From NCBI GenBank assembly GCA_041559015.1, contig JBFFED010000001.1:2361-66360 (forward strand): 64,000 bases of DNA, in the 5' to 3' direction. Position 1 is the first letter of the stretch. Every line of letters starts with the position of its first letter. Both the position numbers and the translations under genes were made by a program. This stretch comes from Thermoplasmata archaeon. GTDB lineage: Archaea; Thermoplasmatota; Thermoplasmata; UBA10834. Below are positions 37,067 through 47,012 of this stretch, piece after piece. The notes under the pieces are model-generated. The model worked only from the letters and a program-made list of their open reading frames with translations, was not told where the DNA came from and did not search any database.

Positions 37067-37151
37067 CCGAGTTCTCGGCGCAATCGCGCCGGACCCTCGA
37101 TGAAGCACTTTCGCCTGCCCGTAATGCATCGCTTTATATCGTCCGCGCCCG

Positions 37152-38525
37152 TTGTCAAAACAGCAGCACAGAAGAGAAACGGCTGCTCATAAAGGGGGCT
37201 TTGTTGTGGATACAGAGAATCTAGCGCCCCACGTGGAAGAGATCTCACGGGCGCTCGGGGACAAGTTGTCAGAGGAGAAGATAGCAGAGGAGCTGAAGAA
37301 GTACATCGATGTGTACAGGCTCAGCATACCGATGGCGAAGAGGACCATAGTCAAGAAGTACGGCGGGGACGCGAGCGGCTTCGATACCGGCTTCCAGAGG
37401 AAGCTCGCGGATCTGCGGCCGAACGAGCCCGTGGTGGACTTCGTCGCCAAGGTGCTGTCCGCGAACAGGAAGGAGGTCACGGCCAAGGGGGAGAAGAAGG
37501 AGATCATGTTCGGCTTCCTCGGGGATGAGACGGCCACCGTGCCATACACGGCATGGGACCTCGAGGGCCTGGATCTCGGCAAGGGAGAGGTAATCTCCGT
37601 CAAGGGCGCATACACGCGGGAGTACCAGGGCAGGATACAGGTCAACTTCGGGAACAGGGTCTCGATCAAGAAGGAGGACCCGGCCACGATAGGTGACATA
37701 CAGGTCGCCCAGGGGCCCCCGAGGGTGGTCGAGGTCGGAGGCCTCAGGGAGGCCATGGGCTATGTCGAGGTGAAGGGGAGGATTCTCTCCGTCGAGCCCA
37801 AGGAGGTCTCTGTCCAGGGCGAGGCGAAGAAGATCTTCGCGGGCGTCCTCGCGGACACCTCCGGCAAGGTGCAGTTCACCGCCTGGAACGACTTCGGCCT
37901 CAAGGAGGGCGAGGTCGTCAGGATATCCAAGGGCACGGTGAAGGCCTGGAGGGGCATCCCGCAGCTCAGCTTCGACGACCGCGCGGAGGTCACCAAGGTC
38001 AAGGAGAAGTTCCCGAGCGCCGAGGAGCTCCAGAAGACCGGAGTGAGGATGATCGCGGAGATAGCTGCCAGGGGAGGTGCCGCGGACACCTCTGTCAGGG
38101 GCGTGGTGGTCGAGGTGAGGGACGGCTCTGGGCTCATCATGCGCTGCCCAGAGTGCAGGCGCGCCCTCCAGAAGGGCATGTGCAAGCTCCACGGGAGGGT
38201 CGAGGGCTTCCCTGACCTCAGGGTCAAGGCGATACTCGACGATGGGAGCGGCGCGGTCAGCGTGGTCATCGGGCGCGAGCTCACGGAGAAGCTCGCGGAG
38301 ATCACCCTCGACGAGGCGATGCAGCGCGCGAGGGAGAAGATGGACCACGGGGTGGTCTCGGACATGCTCGAGGAGAAGCTCGCACTCAAGAAGCTGACGG
38401 TCGCCGGGTCGATCACAGCGGACCAGTACGGGCTCTCGATGATAGTCAAGGACGCGTCCTTCGCCACTGTCGACGTGAAGCAGGAAGCGGAGAAGCTGCT
38501 CGTCGAGCTGGAGGCCTCGGAATGA
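37152..38525 (+). CDS. Replication protein A large subunit (archaeal RPA1-like ssDNA-binding protein with multiple OB folds and a C4 zinc ribbon)
   Basis: Repeated OB-fold segments. Zinc ribbon CPECRRALQKGMCKLHG. The start could be the TTG at 37152 or the GTG at about 37206. Confidence 0.85.
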   Translation: MSKQQHRRETAAHKGGFVVDTENLAPHVEEISRALGDKLSEEKIAEELKKYIDVYRLSIPMAKRTIVKKYGGDASGFDTGFQRKLADLRPNEPVVDFVAKVLSANRKEVTAKGEKKEIMFGFLGDETATVPYTAWDLEGLDLGKGEVISVKGAYTREYQGRIQVNFGNRVSIKKEDPATIGDIQVAQGPPRVVEVGGLREAMGYVEVKGRILSVEPKEVSVQGEAKKIFAGVLADTSGKVQFTAWNDFGLKEGEVVRISKGTVKAWRGIPQLSFDDRAEVTKVKEKFPSAEELQKTGVRMIAEIAARGGAADTSVRGVVVEVRDGSGLIMRCPECRRALQKGMCKLHGRVEGFPDLRVKAILDDGSGAVSVVIGRELTEKLAEITLDEAMQRAREKMDHGVVSDMLEEKLALKKLTVAGSITADQYGLSMIVKDASFATVDVKQEAEKLLVELEASE

Positions 38526-39448
38526 ACCAGAGGGAGGTCGCGTGGCGCGTGTTCGCCGAGGAGTTCAACTCATCTGTGCTGGAGCACTCGGGAGAGGGCG
38601 AGAAGCCGGTGTCCTATGTGATCACCCCTCTCGGTGCCAGGATCAACAGGATGCTCGTGGTCGGAGTGGCGACGGACATCGAGGAGGTAGGTGAGGAGGG
38701 GAAGCCGAGGTACAGGGCGAGGATAACGGATCCCACGGGGACCTTCTACGTCTCCGCGGGGGAGTACCAGCCCGAGGCGGCCATGGCCCTCTCCAAGATG
38801 GCCCCGCCTGCGTTCGCGGCCGTCGTCGGCAAGAGCAGGGCTTACGAGCCCGAGCCGGGCGTGAAGTATCTCAGCATCAGGCCCGAGAAGATACTCGAGG
38901 TCGACGCTGAAGCCAGGGACTATTGGGTGCTCGAGACCGCAAGGAGCACGCTCGCCCGGATAGACGCGGTCGGGGATGGCCTGAAGATGGCCCAGCCGAC
39001 CGTGGGCGAGCTGACTAGGCTCGGCCATCCGGAGAACCTCGCGGACGGGGTCGTGAGGGCGATCGAATTCTACAAGGACATCGACCTGGACAGGTTCAGG
39101 AACACCGTCATCGACGCGCTCAGATCCGTCCTGCCGGAGAGCGGGGACCGGGCGCGGCCCGAGCCGAGGCCTGCCCCCGCGAGGAAGCCCGCGCAAGAGC
39201 CGGAGGGACGGGCCGAGACCAAGGAGGAGGAGATGCACGAGGTTGAGGTCGACTCGGACGAGGGCGAGACCGTGCTGAAGATCATCGAGTCCCTCGACTC
39301 AGGCTCCAGGGGCGCCAAGTGGGACTCCATAATCGAGGCGGCCGCCAAGAAGAAGATAGACAAGGTCAGACTCGAGGAAATCGTGGCCGACCTTCTGGAC
39401 AAGGGCGAGATCTACGAGCCCGAGCTCGGCATGATGAAGAGGATATAG
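38522..39448 (+). CDS. RPA2/RPA32-like subunit (OB fold plus C-terminal winged helix)
   Basis: ATGA overlap with the RPA1 gene. OB-like N-terminal region. Acidic linker. C-terminal wH (…KVRLEEIVADLLDKGEIYEPELG…). Confidence 0.7.
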   Translation: MNQREVAWRVFAEEFNSSVLEHSGEGEKPVSYVITPLGARINRMLVVGVATDIEEVGEEGKPRYRARITDPTGTFYVSAGEYQPEAAMALSKMAPPAFAAVVGKSRAYEPEPGVKYLSIRPEKILEVDAEARDYWVLETARSTLARIDAVGDGLKMAQPTVGELTRLGHPENLADGVVRAIEFYKDIDLDRFRNTVIDALRSVLPESGDRARPEPRPAPARKPAQEPEGRAETKEEEMHEVEVDSDEGETVLKIIESLDSGSRGAKWDSIIEAAAKKKIDKVRLEEIVADLLDKGEIYEPELGMMKRI

Positions 39449-39483
39449 CGGCGCCTCGCGCAGCTGACGACGGGATCTTTCAC

Positions 39484-39849
39484 CTAACTAGTGAACTCAT
39501 CCTTGGACACGACCACGAGTATCAGGCCGATGAGACCGATTATGCTAGGGACAGACAGTATGCCCCCTACTAAGGCAATCGCGAAGTGAGTCCTCTGGAT
39601 TGCGAAGATGCCTCCGAGAATGGCGAGCGCGCCCAAGGCGATGGTCACGATACACCAGAATGTCGCAATCAGCAAGATCACGCCGCCAATGAGGATCAGC
39701 ACTCCACCGGCCACCGGCATGGAGGATGGTTGCTTCTTGGCCAGCGGTCCTGCCATCGTCACACGGTAGTCGTGGCCACAATACGGACAAACGTTGGCGT
39801 CAAAGGCTATCGGTCTACCGCACGAAACGCAGCTCCTGTTCCCTGACAT
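39484..39849 (-). CDS. Zinc-ribbon membrane protein (paralog 1 of 3)
   Basis: N-terminal zinc ribbon CVSCGRPIAFDANVCPYCGHDYR followed by three TM helices. Confidence 0.6.
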   Translation of the reverse strand: MSGNRSCVSCGRPIAFDANVCPYCGHDYRVTMAGPLAKKQPSSMPVAGGVLILIGGVILLIATFWCIVTIALGALAILGGIFAIQRTHFAIALVGGILSVPSIIGLIGLILVVVSKDEFTS

Positions 39850-40023
39850 GTCTTGAGACTGCACTAGCATCACCTTCGTCCACTGATGGGCCTGCAAGGG
39901 TGTTCTGGCCCGTCGGAAGGTGTATACCCCTAACGTCTAGAAATGCTTGGCGCTGAAAACGACGAGAACTCTAAAAGGGGAAGTAAGTGGTTTGAGCTCG
40001 ATCGTCTGAGAGCACCTGCGCGC

Positions 40024-40554
40024 TCAGTCGAAGTCCTTCTTCGAGACGGCGACCAGTATGAGGCCGACCAACGCGAGCAGGCTTCCGATCATCCACGGGC
40101 CTATCACGAACAGCCCCAGGACGCCGCCGAGTATGGCTATGCCCCAGTGCTTGCGCATGACACCAAAGAGCCCGCCCAACACCGCGATCAGGCCAAGCAC
40201 GATGAATATGACGCCGCAAACGTCCATTATGTCGTTGATCATGTCGCCCACGCCTGCGACATCGACTCCCCACTGATCCAGGTCATCGACATCAATGGCG
40301 ATCAAGATGCCCCCCATGGCCAGGCCCATGAGCCCGGCAACGAGTATCAATATCCCTCCGACGATGGACAGCATGCCCTTTTCCTTGGGTGCAGGAGGTC
40401 CTGCCTGAACCCTGTAGTCATGCCCGCAATACTGGCACACATTCGCGTCCATCGGTATCTCGCGACCGCATGAGACGCACTTTCTAGATCCACCTTCTGA
40501 TCCCATCCCTGAACCTCCTTCTATACCAGCAGTACCTGTACTGCCTCCGACCAT
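40024..40554 (-). CDS. Zinc-ribbon membrane protein (paralog 2 of 3)
   Basis: Gly/Ser-rich N-terminus, then zinc ribbon CVSCGREIPMDANVCQYCGHDYR, then TM helices. Start placed at the internal ATG MVGGSTG, downstream of an AT-rich TATA-like box; the track ORF extends to 40698. Confidence 0.55.
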   Translation of the reverse strand: MVGGSTGTAGIEGGSGMGSEGGSRKCVSCGREIPMDANVCQYCGHDYRVQAGPPAPKEKGMLSIVGGILILVAGLMGLAMGGILIAIDVDDLDQWGVDVAGVGDMINDIMDVCGVIFIVLGLIAVLGGLFGVMRKHWGIAILGGVLGLFVIGPWMIGSLLALVGLILVAVSKKDFD

Positions 40555-40564
40555 GAATGTGCCA

Positions 40565-40595
40565 GGATAATAAATGAATCTTTCTATTAATTTCG
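40565..40595 (-). promoter_or_regulatory. Putative TATA-box region for zinc-ribbon paralog 2
   Basis: On the minus strand, aaATTAATAGaaagattcaTTTATTATcc forms a locally AT-rich island about 15-40 nt upstream of the chosen ATG. Confidence 0.3.
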
Positions 40596-40669
40596 ACATA
40601 TCCATGCTGGCGGTGCGAATCAAGGCGATAGCGATGCCTTGGGACGGAGCGCTTGCCAGGCGAGCGGAG

Positions 40670-41272
40670 CTATCCGAACTCCTTTCTCGACACTGCAAGC
40701 AAGATCAGTCCGGCCAGCGCGAGAACTGACCCCACCAAGAAGCCTATCCCAAGCAGGCCGAAAATGCCGCCAGCGATTGCGAGCCCGAAGTGCTTTCGTC
40801 GAATGCCGAAAATGCCCCCAATGATGGCGACTATCGCGAATACGAGCAGAACCACCCCACACATTGTGAGCATCCCCGCAAGGTCCTCGGCCGTGTACTC
40901 TGCGGGTAGGGCCACGCCTAGATCCTCAATATCGGAGGCGTCGAAAGTCATGTACATCGCCCCCATCACGATGGCCAGCACGCCCGCGATTATCACCAGG
41001 GCGCCACCCACTGCTGGCTTCCAGGTCTTCTGGGTCTGGGCGGACATCCCGAGCGGGATCCTGTAGTCATGCCCGCAATACGGGCATACACTCGCGTCGA
41101 ACTGGATCGGCCTCCCACAGGCGACGCAGTTCCTCGAGCCATACCCTGGATAGGTCGATGACGTCGGTTCGGTCCCTGGGCTGCTGACACCGAATTCCTT
41201 GCCACAGAAGGAGCACGATGTGGATCCGTCCTTGACCAGGCTCTCACAGTACGGGCATTTCCTCAATCTCAT
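40670..41272 (-). CDS. Zinc-ribbon membrane protein (paralog 3 of 3, with two N-terminal zinc ribbons)
   Basis: MRLRKCPYCESLVKDGSTSCSFCGKEF… then CVACGRPIQFDASVCPYCGHDYR, then TM helices. Confidence 0.6.
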   Translation of the reverse strand: MRLRKCPYCESLVKDGSTSCSFCGKEFGVSSPGTEPTSSTYPGYGSRNCVACGRPIQFDASVCPYCGHDYRIPLGMSAQTQKTWKPAVGGALVIIAGVLAIVMGAMYMTFDASDIEDLGVALPAEYTAEDLAGMLTMCGVVLLVFAIVAIIGGIFGIRRKHFGLAIAGGIFGLLGIGFLVGSVLALAGLILLAVSRKEFG

Positions 41273-41299
41273 CCCCGTCCTTTGAACGTGCCCAAGACA

Positions 41300-41857
41300 T
41301 TAAATCGTTTCGTCGGGAGGCGTTGGCGCGGCCTTCCTTCGATCTTCTTGGACTGCGAATGCGAACTGCGCAATCAGTATCGAGAAGGTTATGCCTGCGA
41401 TTATGCCTGTGGCCAGCCTCAACGGGTTGTTCGACTCGTACGAGGTTACCAGTTGCAGCCCCCCGTCGATGCCTATCGGCACCAAACCGACCAGGACCAG
41501 GATAGGATTCACAACCAGGCGCCTGAAAGACAGCACGGCTAACCCTATCGGGAAGCCTGCGAACAGTCCCACGTCCCTTGCGCAGAACGGCATCTGGTTG
41601 CCGTTCAGGAAGAAGCTTCTGTTGGCGATTTGATGGCACTGCGCATCGCCCAGCCAGTAAACCGCATGAGGGACCAGGGACAGGCCCGAGAACTCGTCCT
41701 CGTTCTCGTGCCCTCCCACGACACCCGACAGGTCCTGCAATGTGTCCGCGGAGACCATCAGCGGTGCTGTGAGGACCAACAGGAACCACACGAGGGACGC
41801 GGAGAAGAGAGTGAACAGGACCTTCGACGTTATGCGAGGCAGTCTCATCGAGACCAT
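41300..41857 (-). CDS. DUF2085-like integral membrane protein
   Basis: Multi-TM protein with conserved CHQ…RSF…C.RD.G.FAG motif pattern. Confidence 0.5.
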   Translation of the reverse strand: MVSMRLPRITSKVLFTLFSASLVWFLLVLTAPLMVSADTLQDLSGVVGGHENEDEFSGLSLVPHAVYWLGDAQCHQIANRSFFLNGNQMPFCARDVGLFAGFPIGLAVLSFRRLVVNPILVLVGLVPIGIDGGLQLVTSYESNNPLRLATGIIAGITFSILIAQFAFAVQEDRRKAAPTPPDETI

Positions 41858-41872
41858 GAAGGGAATGCCACC

Positions 41873-42694
41873 TTAATCTCGCTTCTCTATCGCAACCGAC
41901 GCGTACCCGACCACTTCCCGCATCGGCTGGACGTCGCCAGATGAGGCGTACTTCAGTACGCTCGGCCTTCCGCCTGAGCAGGCTACCAGAGTGGCCATCA
42001 CGGGGCCGTAGCCGCACATCGATATGCCCTCGTCCTGGACCACCTCGAAGAGCTTCTTTGGGTCCATAGACTTGATCGCCTCCAGGGCCATGCCGTCCTT
42101 GGTCTTCGCAAGGTCCTTTGGTACATAGTGAGAGAAGTCCGTGGAGGCTATCACGATTGCGTCCCTCCCGCTGATGGCCTCCTTGATGATCTTGCCGACG
42201 GAAGTCGCAGCCTCGTAATCCTGGAAGCCCATGCATATTGGGACGAACGTGAAGTCCGTCGACAGATACTGCAAGAACGGAAGCTGCACCTCGATTGAGT
42301 GTTCCGCCCTGTGCGCCTCGGAGTCCTCGTCCACGAGGTCCTTCCTCAGGGCCTTCGCGAGCGCGCGGTCCACCTTCGCCACCCCCATCGGGGTCTTGAA
42401 ATCCTCTGTCGTGACCGCGAGGCCCGATCCCCTGCCGGTGTGGTTCGGGCCGAGAATCACGAACGTCTTGGGCACGCCGTCCTCAGCTATCCTGGCATAG
42501 AGGTGCGCGGCGACCTGCCCAGAGTAAATGTACCCCGCATGCGGGGCTATGCCCCCCATGACCGCCCGTCTACCTCTTCCCATCTCAGGCAGCCTCCCTG
42601 GACCGAGCGGCCCGAGGAAACACTGCTCGATCTGCTTGCGCAACTGCCTCTCGTCGTCAGCATAGAACATACCCGCAACAGAAGGGGTCCTCAT
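41873..42694 (-). CDS. MEMO1-family protein (AmmeMemoRadiSam system protein B-like)
   Basis: …GMFYADD…, …MGGIAPHAGYIYSGQVAAH…, …ILGPNHTG…, …STDFSHY… match the MEMO1/DUF52 family. Internal ATG MRTPSVAG. Confidence 0.8.
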   Translation of the reverse strand: MRTPSVAGMFYADDERQLRKQIEQCFLGPLGPGRLPEMGRGRRAVMGGIAPHAGYIYSGQVAAHLYARIAEDGVPKTFVILGPNHTGRGSGLAVTTEDFKTPMGVAKVDRALAKALRKDLVDEDSEAHRAEHSIEVQLPFLQYLSTDFTFVPICMGFQDYEAATSVGKIIKEAISGRDAIVIASTDFSHYVPKDLAKTKDGMALEAIKSMDPKKLFEVVQDEGISMCGYGPVMATLVACSGGRPSVLKYASSGDVQPMREVVGYASVAIEKRD

Positions 42695-42783
42695 TTCCTG
42701 CCTCCGCACCCGTGCTAGTATCATGGCATCATCAGGCCAAAGCACTTTCGCAGGAAGAGGTTAGGGCCGGACAAGTCTTTCAT

Positions 42784-43419
42784 CTAAAGGGATGCCTCGA
42801 ACTCCTCGACGGTCATCTTGAAGGCCTCGTCGCTCGCGATTCCCCCGCGGGACTTCACGACCTCTCTCGTGAGGAGCCAGTAAATGGTCGCCAGGGCGCG
42901 CCTGCCCTTGTTGTTGGACGGTATGACCAGGTCGACGTACTTCGTCTCGTTGTTCGCGTCGCATATGCCTACGATCGGAATGCCCACGTTGAGCGCCTCC
43001 CTAAGGGCCTGCTCATCGGCCGCAGGATCGGTCACGAAGAGCACCTCTGGCTCGGCGAAATTAGGCAGTATCGGGTTGGTCAGGGACCCAGGAACGAACC
43101 GACCCGCGATCACGCTCCCACCAATGGTCTTCGCGAAGACCTTGGCTGGCTTCTGACCGTACTGCCTCGCGGATACTATGAGCACCCGGGACGGCTCGAA
43201 CATGGACAGGAACTTCGCGGCTATCCTGATCCTCTCATCGGTCTTCTTGACATCGAGGACATAGAGGCCATCCGTCCTGACCTTGAATATGAACTCCTTC
43301 ATGTCGGCGCTCTTCTGCTGAGTGCCGATGTGCACCCCGGACGTGAGGTACACGTCCTCGGGTATCAGCAGCGGGGTGCCGGTCTGTATCTGCGGCTGTG
43401 TCTCCGTTACCTCATCCAT
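42784..43419 (-). CDS. rps2: 30S ribosomal protein uS2
   Basis: Archaeal S2 pattern (…[19 protein letters not shown]…, …[26 protein letters not shown]…). Confidence 0.9.
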   Translation of the reverse strand: MDEVTETQPQIQTGTPLLIPEDVYLTSGVHIGTQQKSADMKEFIFKVRTDGLYVLDVKKTDERIRIAAKFLSMFEPSRVLIVSARQYGQKPAKVFAKTIGGSVIAGRFVPGSLTNPILPNFAEPEVLFVTDPAADEQALREALNVGIPIVGICDANNETKYVDLVIPSNNKGRRALATIYWLLTREVVKSRGGIASDEAFKMTVEEFEASL

Positions 43420-43428
43420 CTGTATTCC

Positions 43429-43599
43429 TCAGTCCCTCTTGACCGTCATCGGTATGACGCTCTTCTCGTACTCCATGATGGAGATCTCTATCGGGTCTAT
43501 GGTATCCCCGGGGAGATCGAGCAGCACGGGCGCTCCGAGGCTTATCTGTAGAGCCCTCGCACCTATGATTCTGGCCCGCTCGAACCTAGTATATCTCAA
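43429..43599 (-). CDS. rpoK: DNA-directed RNA polymerase subunit K (Rpo6/omega)
   Basis: …[27 protein letters not shown]… is the RpoK signature. A TTG in frame gives the typical 56-aa product; the track ORF is over-extended to 43728. Confidence 0.75.
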   Translation of the reverse strand: MRYTRFERARIIGARALQISLGAPVLLDLPGDTIDPIEISIMEYEKSVIPMTVKRD

Positions 43600-43964
43600 G
43601 CTCTTAACCTCGCAGTGGAGGTATCCCCTAAAATGTGGCCCCTTTATATACGTTTGGGGTATGCCGATTTCCGAGCCATACGGATTCTGCGTGTGCTCAG
43701 TGCTTTGAGGCATCAACTTGTGGGTCACTAGTCCCCCGAGCGAGAAGAACCGAGATGGCGGGCTCGATGTCTCGTTTCCACGTCACGCTCCTGGCGCCCA
43801 GTGATATCTGCACGATGCCCGCCGTTTGCTGTCTAATGGCCGAATCTCATCCGTTAATCGTATCCACATGTTCGGAATCGGCGGCGAAACGCCCGGGATT
43901 CGACGGTATTTCCACAATCGATTTATCAAGCATGTGCTTACCGAGATACATAGAGGGAGTCATT

Positions 43965-45308
43965 ATGGCGAATGTCCCGAACATCAAGGTGGAGCCTCCA
44001 GGCCCGGAGGCACAGAAGGTCGTCTCCAAGGACGCAGAGTACATCGTGAAGGCGACGAAGAGCGCCCCGCTCGTGTTCAAGAAGGCCGAGGGAGCGGTCA
44101 TCGAGGACGTCGATGGCAACACGTACATCGACTTCTACGCAGGCGTGGGAGTGCTGAACGTCGGCGCGAGGCACCCGAAGGTAGTGAAGGCGATCCACGA
44201 CCAGGTGGAGAAGTACACCCATGTCGCAGGTACGGACTTCTACTGTGGGCTGCAGTCGAAGCTGGCGGAGAGGCTGGCGAAGAGCGCCCCCGGCAGTAAC
44301 AAGAAAATGGTCTTCTTCTCGAACACGGGCGCGGAATCGGTCGAGAGCGCGATCAAAATCGCGAAGCGCGGCACGGGCAAGTCGATACTGATGGACTTCC
44401 TCGGCGCGTTCCACGGGAGGACGACAGGAGCGATGTCCCTCACCGCGTCCAAGTGGGTGCAGAGGGAAGGATACACGGCGACGCTGATGCCAGGAGTATA
44501 TCACGTCCCGTACGCGTACTGCTACAGGTGCATCTACAACCTGAAGTACCCCGAGTGCGACATGTACTGCGCACGCGTCATAGAGGATGTGTACTTCGAG
44601 AACCAGATACCTCCGAACGACCTCGCCGCAATAAGCATGGAGGTCATCCAGGGCGAGGGGGGCTACGTCGTTCCCCCGAAGGAGTTCGTGAAGATGGTCT
44701 TCGACCTCACGAGAAAGCACAAGTGCCTGTTCATAGACGACGAGGTCCAGTCCGGTATGGGCAGGACCGGTAAGATGTGGGCGTGCGAGCACTTCGACAT
44801 TGTGCCTGACATAATATGCAGCGCCAAGTCGCTCGGCGGCGGGTTGCCGATCGCCGCCACGATCGTCGACGCGAAGCTTGACTTCGACAGGTATGGAAGG
44901 CACTCGAACACCTTCGGAGGCGCGTCGCTGTCACATGCGTCCGCGCTTGCCACACTCGACGTGATCGAGGAGGAGAAGCTCCTGGACCGCGCGGCCAAGG
45001 TCGGCAAGGAGACCAAGAAGCGCCTCGAGGAGATGCAACAGAAGTACGAAATCATCGGGGACACGCGCGGCGTGGGAATGATGCTCGCGCACGAGTTCGT
45101 CCAGGACAGGAAGAGCAAGAAGCACGCGTCCAAGAGCAGGGACATGATAACCGACATGGCCTTCAAGAAGGGCTTGATGCTCCTTCCATGCGGAAGGTCG
45201 GTCATCAGATACATCCCGCCCCTGAACATACCGCAGGAGCAGCTGGACACTGGCCTCGAAGTGCTCGAGGACTGCATAAAGCACGTCGACAAGAACCGAG
45301 CGGACTAA
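43965..45308 (+). CDS. Class III pyridoxal-phosphate aminotransferase (4-aminobutyrate/acetylornithine aminotransferase family)
   Basis: N-terminus MANVPNIKVEPPGPEA…. Motifs …SNTGAESVESAIKIAK…, …FIDDEVQSGMGRTGKMWA…, …SAKSLGGGLPIAA…. GAGGGA RBS-like sequence 6 nt upstream. Confidence 0.85.
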   Translation: MANVPNIKVEPPGPEAQKVVSKDAEYIVKATKSAPLVFKKAEGAVIEDVDGNTYIDFYAGVGVLNVGARHPKVVKAIHDQVEKYTHVAGTDFYCGLQSKLAERLAKSAPGSNKKMVFFSNTGAESVESAIKIAKRGTGKSILMDFLGAFHGRTTGAMSLTASKWVQREGYTATLMPGVYHVPYAYCYRCIYNLKYPECDMYCARVIEDVYFENQIPPNDLAAISMEVIQGEGGYVVPPKEFVKMVFDLTRKHKCLFIDDEVQSGMGRTGKMWACEHFDIVPDIICSAKSLGGGLPIAATIVDAKLDFDRYGRHSNTFGGASLSHASALATLDVIEEEKLLDRAAKVGKETKKRLEEMQQKYEIIGDTRGVGMMLAHEFVQDRKSKKHASKSRDMITDMAFKKGLMLLPCGRSVIRYIPPLNIPQEQLDTGLEVLEDCIKHVDKNRAD

Positions 45309-45334
45309 GCGACTGGTTCAGTGCAAACCCCAAA

Positions 45335-45375
45335 GGACCCCGCACAATCTGCGGGGTCCTGAGCGACATTTTCTT
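45335..45375 (+). terminator. Hairpin plus T-tract terminator-like element after the aminotransferase
   Basis: Perfect 10-bp inverted repeat GGACCCCGCA-caatc-TGCGGGGTCC followed by …cattttcttgg. Confidence 0.4.
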
Positions 45376-45517
45376 GGTTCATAGCCACGAGCTGTGGGGC
45401 CTGCCAGGTGATTACGAAGGGCGGATAGCACGGAATCCGGCCAGTGGCCCGACCGGCCCACCACCGCTCCCTTTTTCTTGTCCGCACACGCTACGGTCCT
45501 GCACAGGGTGATCAAAT

Positions 45518-45769
45518 ATGCCGGACCAGCACAACCCGGCCTACCACGACCTGGCAATAGCGACCATGTACAGGCTGGATCCCGAGAAGCTGGCCGCTAT
45601 CAGACGCGCTATCTCTGGGTTGACGAGATGCCCTCGGTGTGACGCGGTCAACAGAGCCGACCAGCCAAGATGCGACAGGTGCGGAGCCAAGCTCTACCCT
45701 GAGGTCCCAGACACTGACGAGGAGAAGGCCCTCAGAAATGGCCAGGGAAAGCGAAGAGACGATAAATGA
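45518..45769 (+). CDS. Small zinc-ribbon protein (hypothetical)
   Basis: CPRCD…(13)…CDRCG pattern. 83 aa. Confidence 0.45.
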   Translation: MPDQHNPAYHDLAIATMYRLDPEKLAAIRRAISGLTRCPRCDAVNRADQPRCDRCGAKLYPEVPDTDEEKALRNGQGKRRDDK

Positions 45770-45844
45770 ACTGAAACAGGCACGATAGCTGCCGGACCGG
45801 AAAGAAGAAGGGATAAGGGGTGCGGGGTTGGAACCCCGTCGCGC

Positions 45845-46051
45845 TCACATTCCAGTCCTGTTCTGTTGTGAAAGACCTGGGAACAAATCGTCATCGAACG
45901 GATTGTTGTTGTTCTCGTCGTAGTATCCTGGATCTTCGCCGTGCGTGTGCTGAACCTGGTCACCACTCGCGGAGACACCTTCCCCCAACGCGACCACCGC
46001 GGTCACTGCCAGCAGACACCCTAGGAACAGGGCCAAGATTTTCGTCTTCAT
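45845..46051 (-). CDS. Small secreted Asp/Asn-rich protein (hypothetical)
   Basis: Internal ATG gives MKTKILALFLGCLLAVTAVVALG signal peptide. C-terminal …YYDENNNNPFDDDLFPG…. Confidence 0.4.
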   Translation of the reverse strand: MKTKILALFLGCLLAVTAVVALGEGVSASGDQVQHTHGEDPGYYDENNNNPFDDDLFPGLSQQNRTGM

Positions 46052-46208
46052 GCTCCCACAGATTTCCAGAACGTTATAAGGCGGTTCTCGAGCAGTTATC
46101 ACCAGGCGTACGAACCCACTCTCAAATATTGCCTGGGTACACCTGAGCCCTCCTCAGGAGGTTATAAACCGGTCTATAAGGCGGGCTGCGGCGCACCGGG
46201 CGAAGCGC

Positions 46209-46709
46209 CTACTCTAGGATCGGGAAGCGCTTGACCAGCCATGTCCTGGACCACCATTCCCCGAGGCCGAGCCACCTTCCAGGTCGGACGAATATCATTC
46301 CGACAAAGAGAATGGCGTACACTATGTGGTCGTCAGTGACGGGATTGTTCTGGGGCGGGATGTGCGTCGACCAGAGCAGGAGCATCAGCATCGCACCAGC
46401 GATGCCGGATATCCTCGTGCCGACACCGAGAATCATGGCAACTCCGATTGACAACAGCGCCAGCATGAACAGAGAATCCACGACTCCGTTGCCAGCCAGA
46501 TCCTGATATATCTCGCTGAGCGGCCCACTCACCGCGAACTGCAGATATCCGGATGTCGGGGAGCCTCCGTTTATCCATGCTCTATCCGAGGATGTTGCGT
46601 ATCCCAAACCGAGCAGCTTGTCCAGGAAGGCCCACAACAAGGTCCAACCTAATACAATCCTCAGTCCGACCCACGCGTACTGCTCCTTGGTCAACTTGAG
46701 CGACTTCAT
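46209..46709 (-). CDS. DoxX-family membrane protein
   Basis: Four TM helices. DoxX-like …LRIVLGWTLLWAFLDKL… N-terminus. Confidence 0.75.
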   Translation of the reverse strand: MKSLKLTKEQYAWVGLRIVLGWTLLWAFLDKLLGLGYATSSDRAWINGGSPTSGYLQFAVSGPLSEIYQDLAGNGVVDSLFMLALLSIGVAMILGVGTRISGIAGAMLMLLLWSTHIPPQNNPVTDDHIVYAILFVGMIFVRPGRWLGLGEWWSRTWLVKRFPILE

Positions 46710-47012
46710 GTCTGGCCACCGCCTTCATAACGGCGTTAACTACCAGGGCGGGGGGCCATATCAAGTTATCGACGTCCTCAGAGTCATGTTCTTCGGGGTG
46801 CTGCTCTGAGAAGAGTGGCACTCCGGGAATGGCCCATCCCCAGACTCTCCGACAGGATCCGTGCAAGGCAATCGTTCGTCGCCTGAGCGACTGATTGTCA
46901 CTCGGCACTTCCGCACTTGTCTGGAACGGAGCGACGATGAACCCGCAGGCCGAGAACCCATGATTGGAAAGGGACTTCTACTATCGAGACCATCAGGTTC
47001 TCGGAGGATAAG

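Noticed and set aside
36206-37129. 307-aa minus ORF opposite the SAM methyltransferase
   Set aside because: Antisense shadow. The plus frame has canonical methyltransferase motifs.
37269-38348. 359-aa minus ORF opposite the RPA gene
   Set aside because: Antisense shadow of a clearly recognisable OB-fold/zinc-ribbon RPA.
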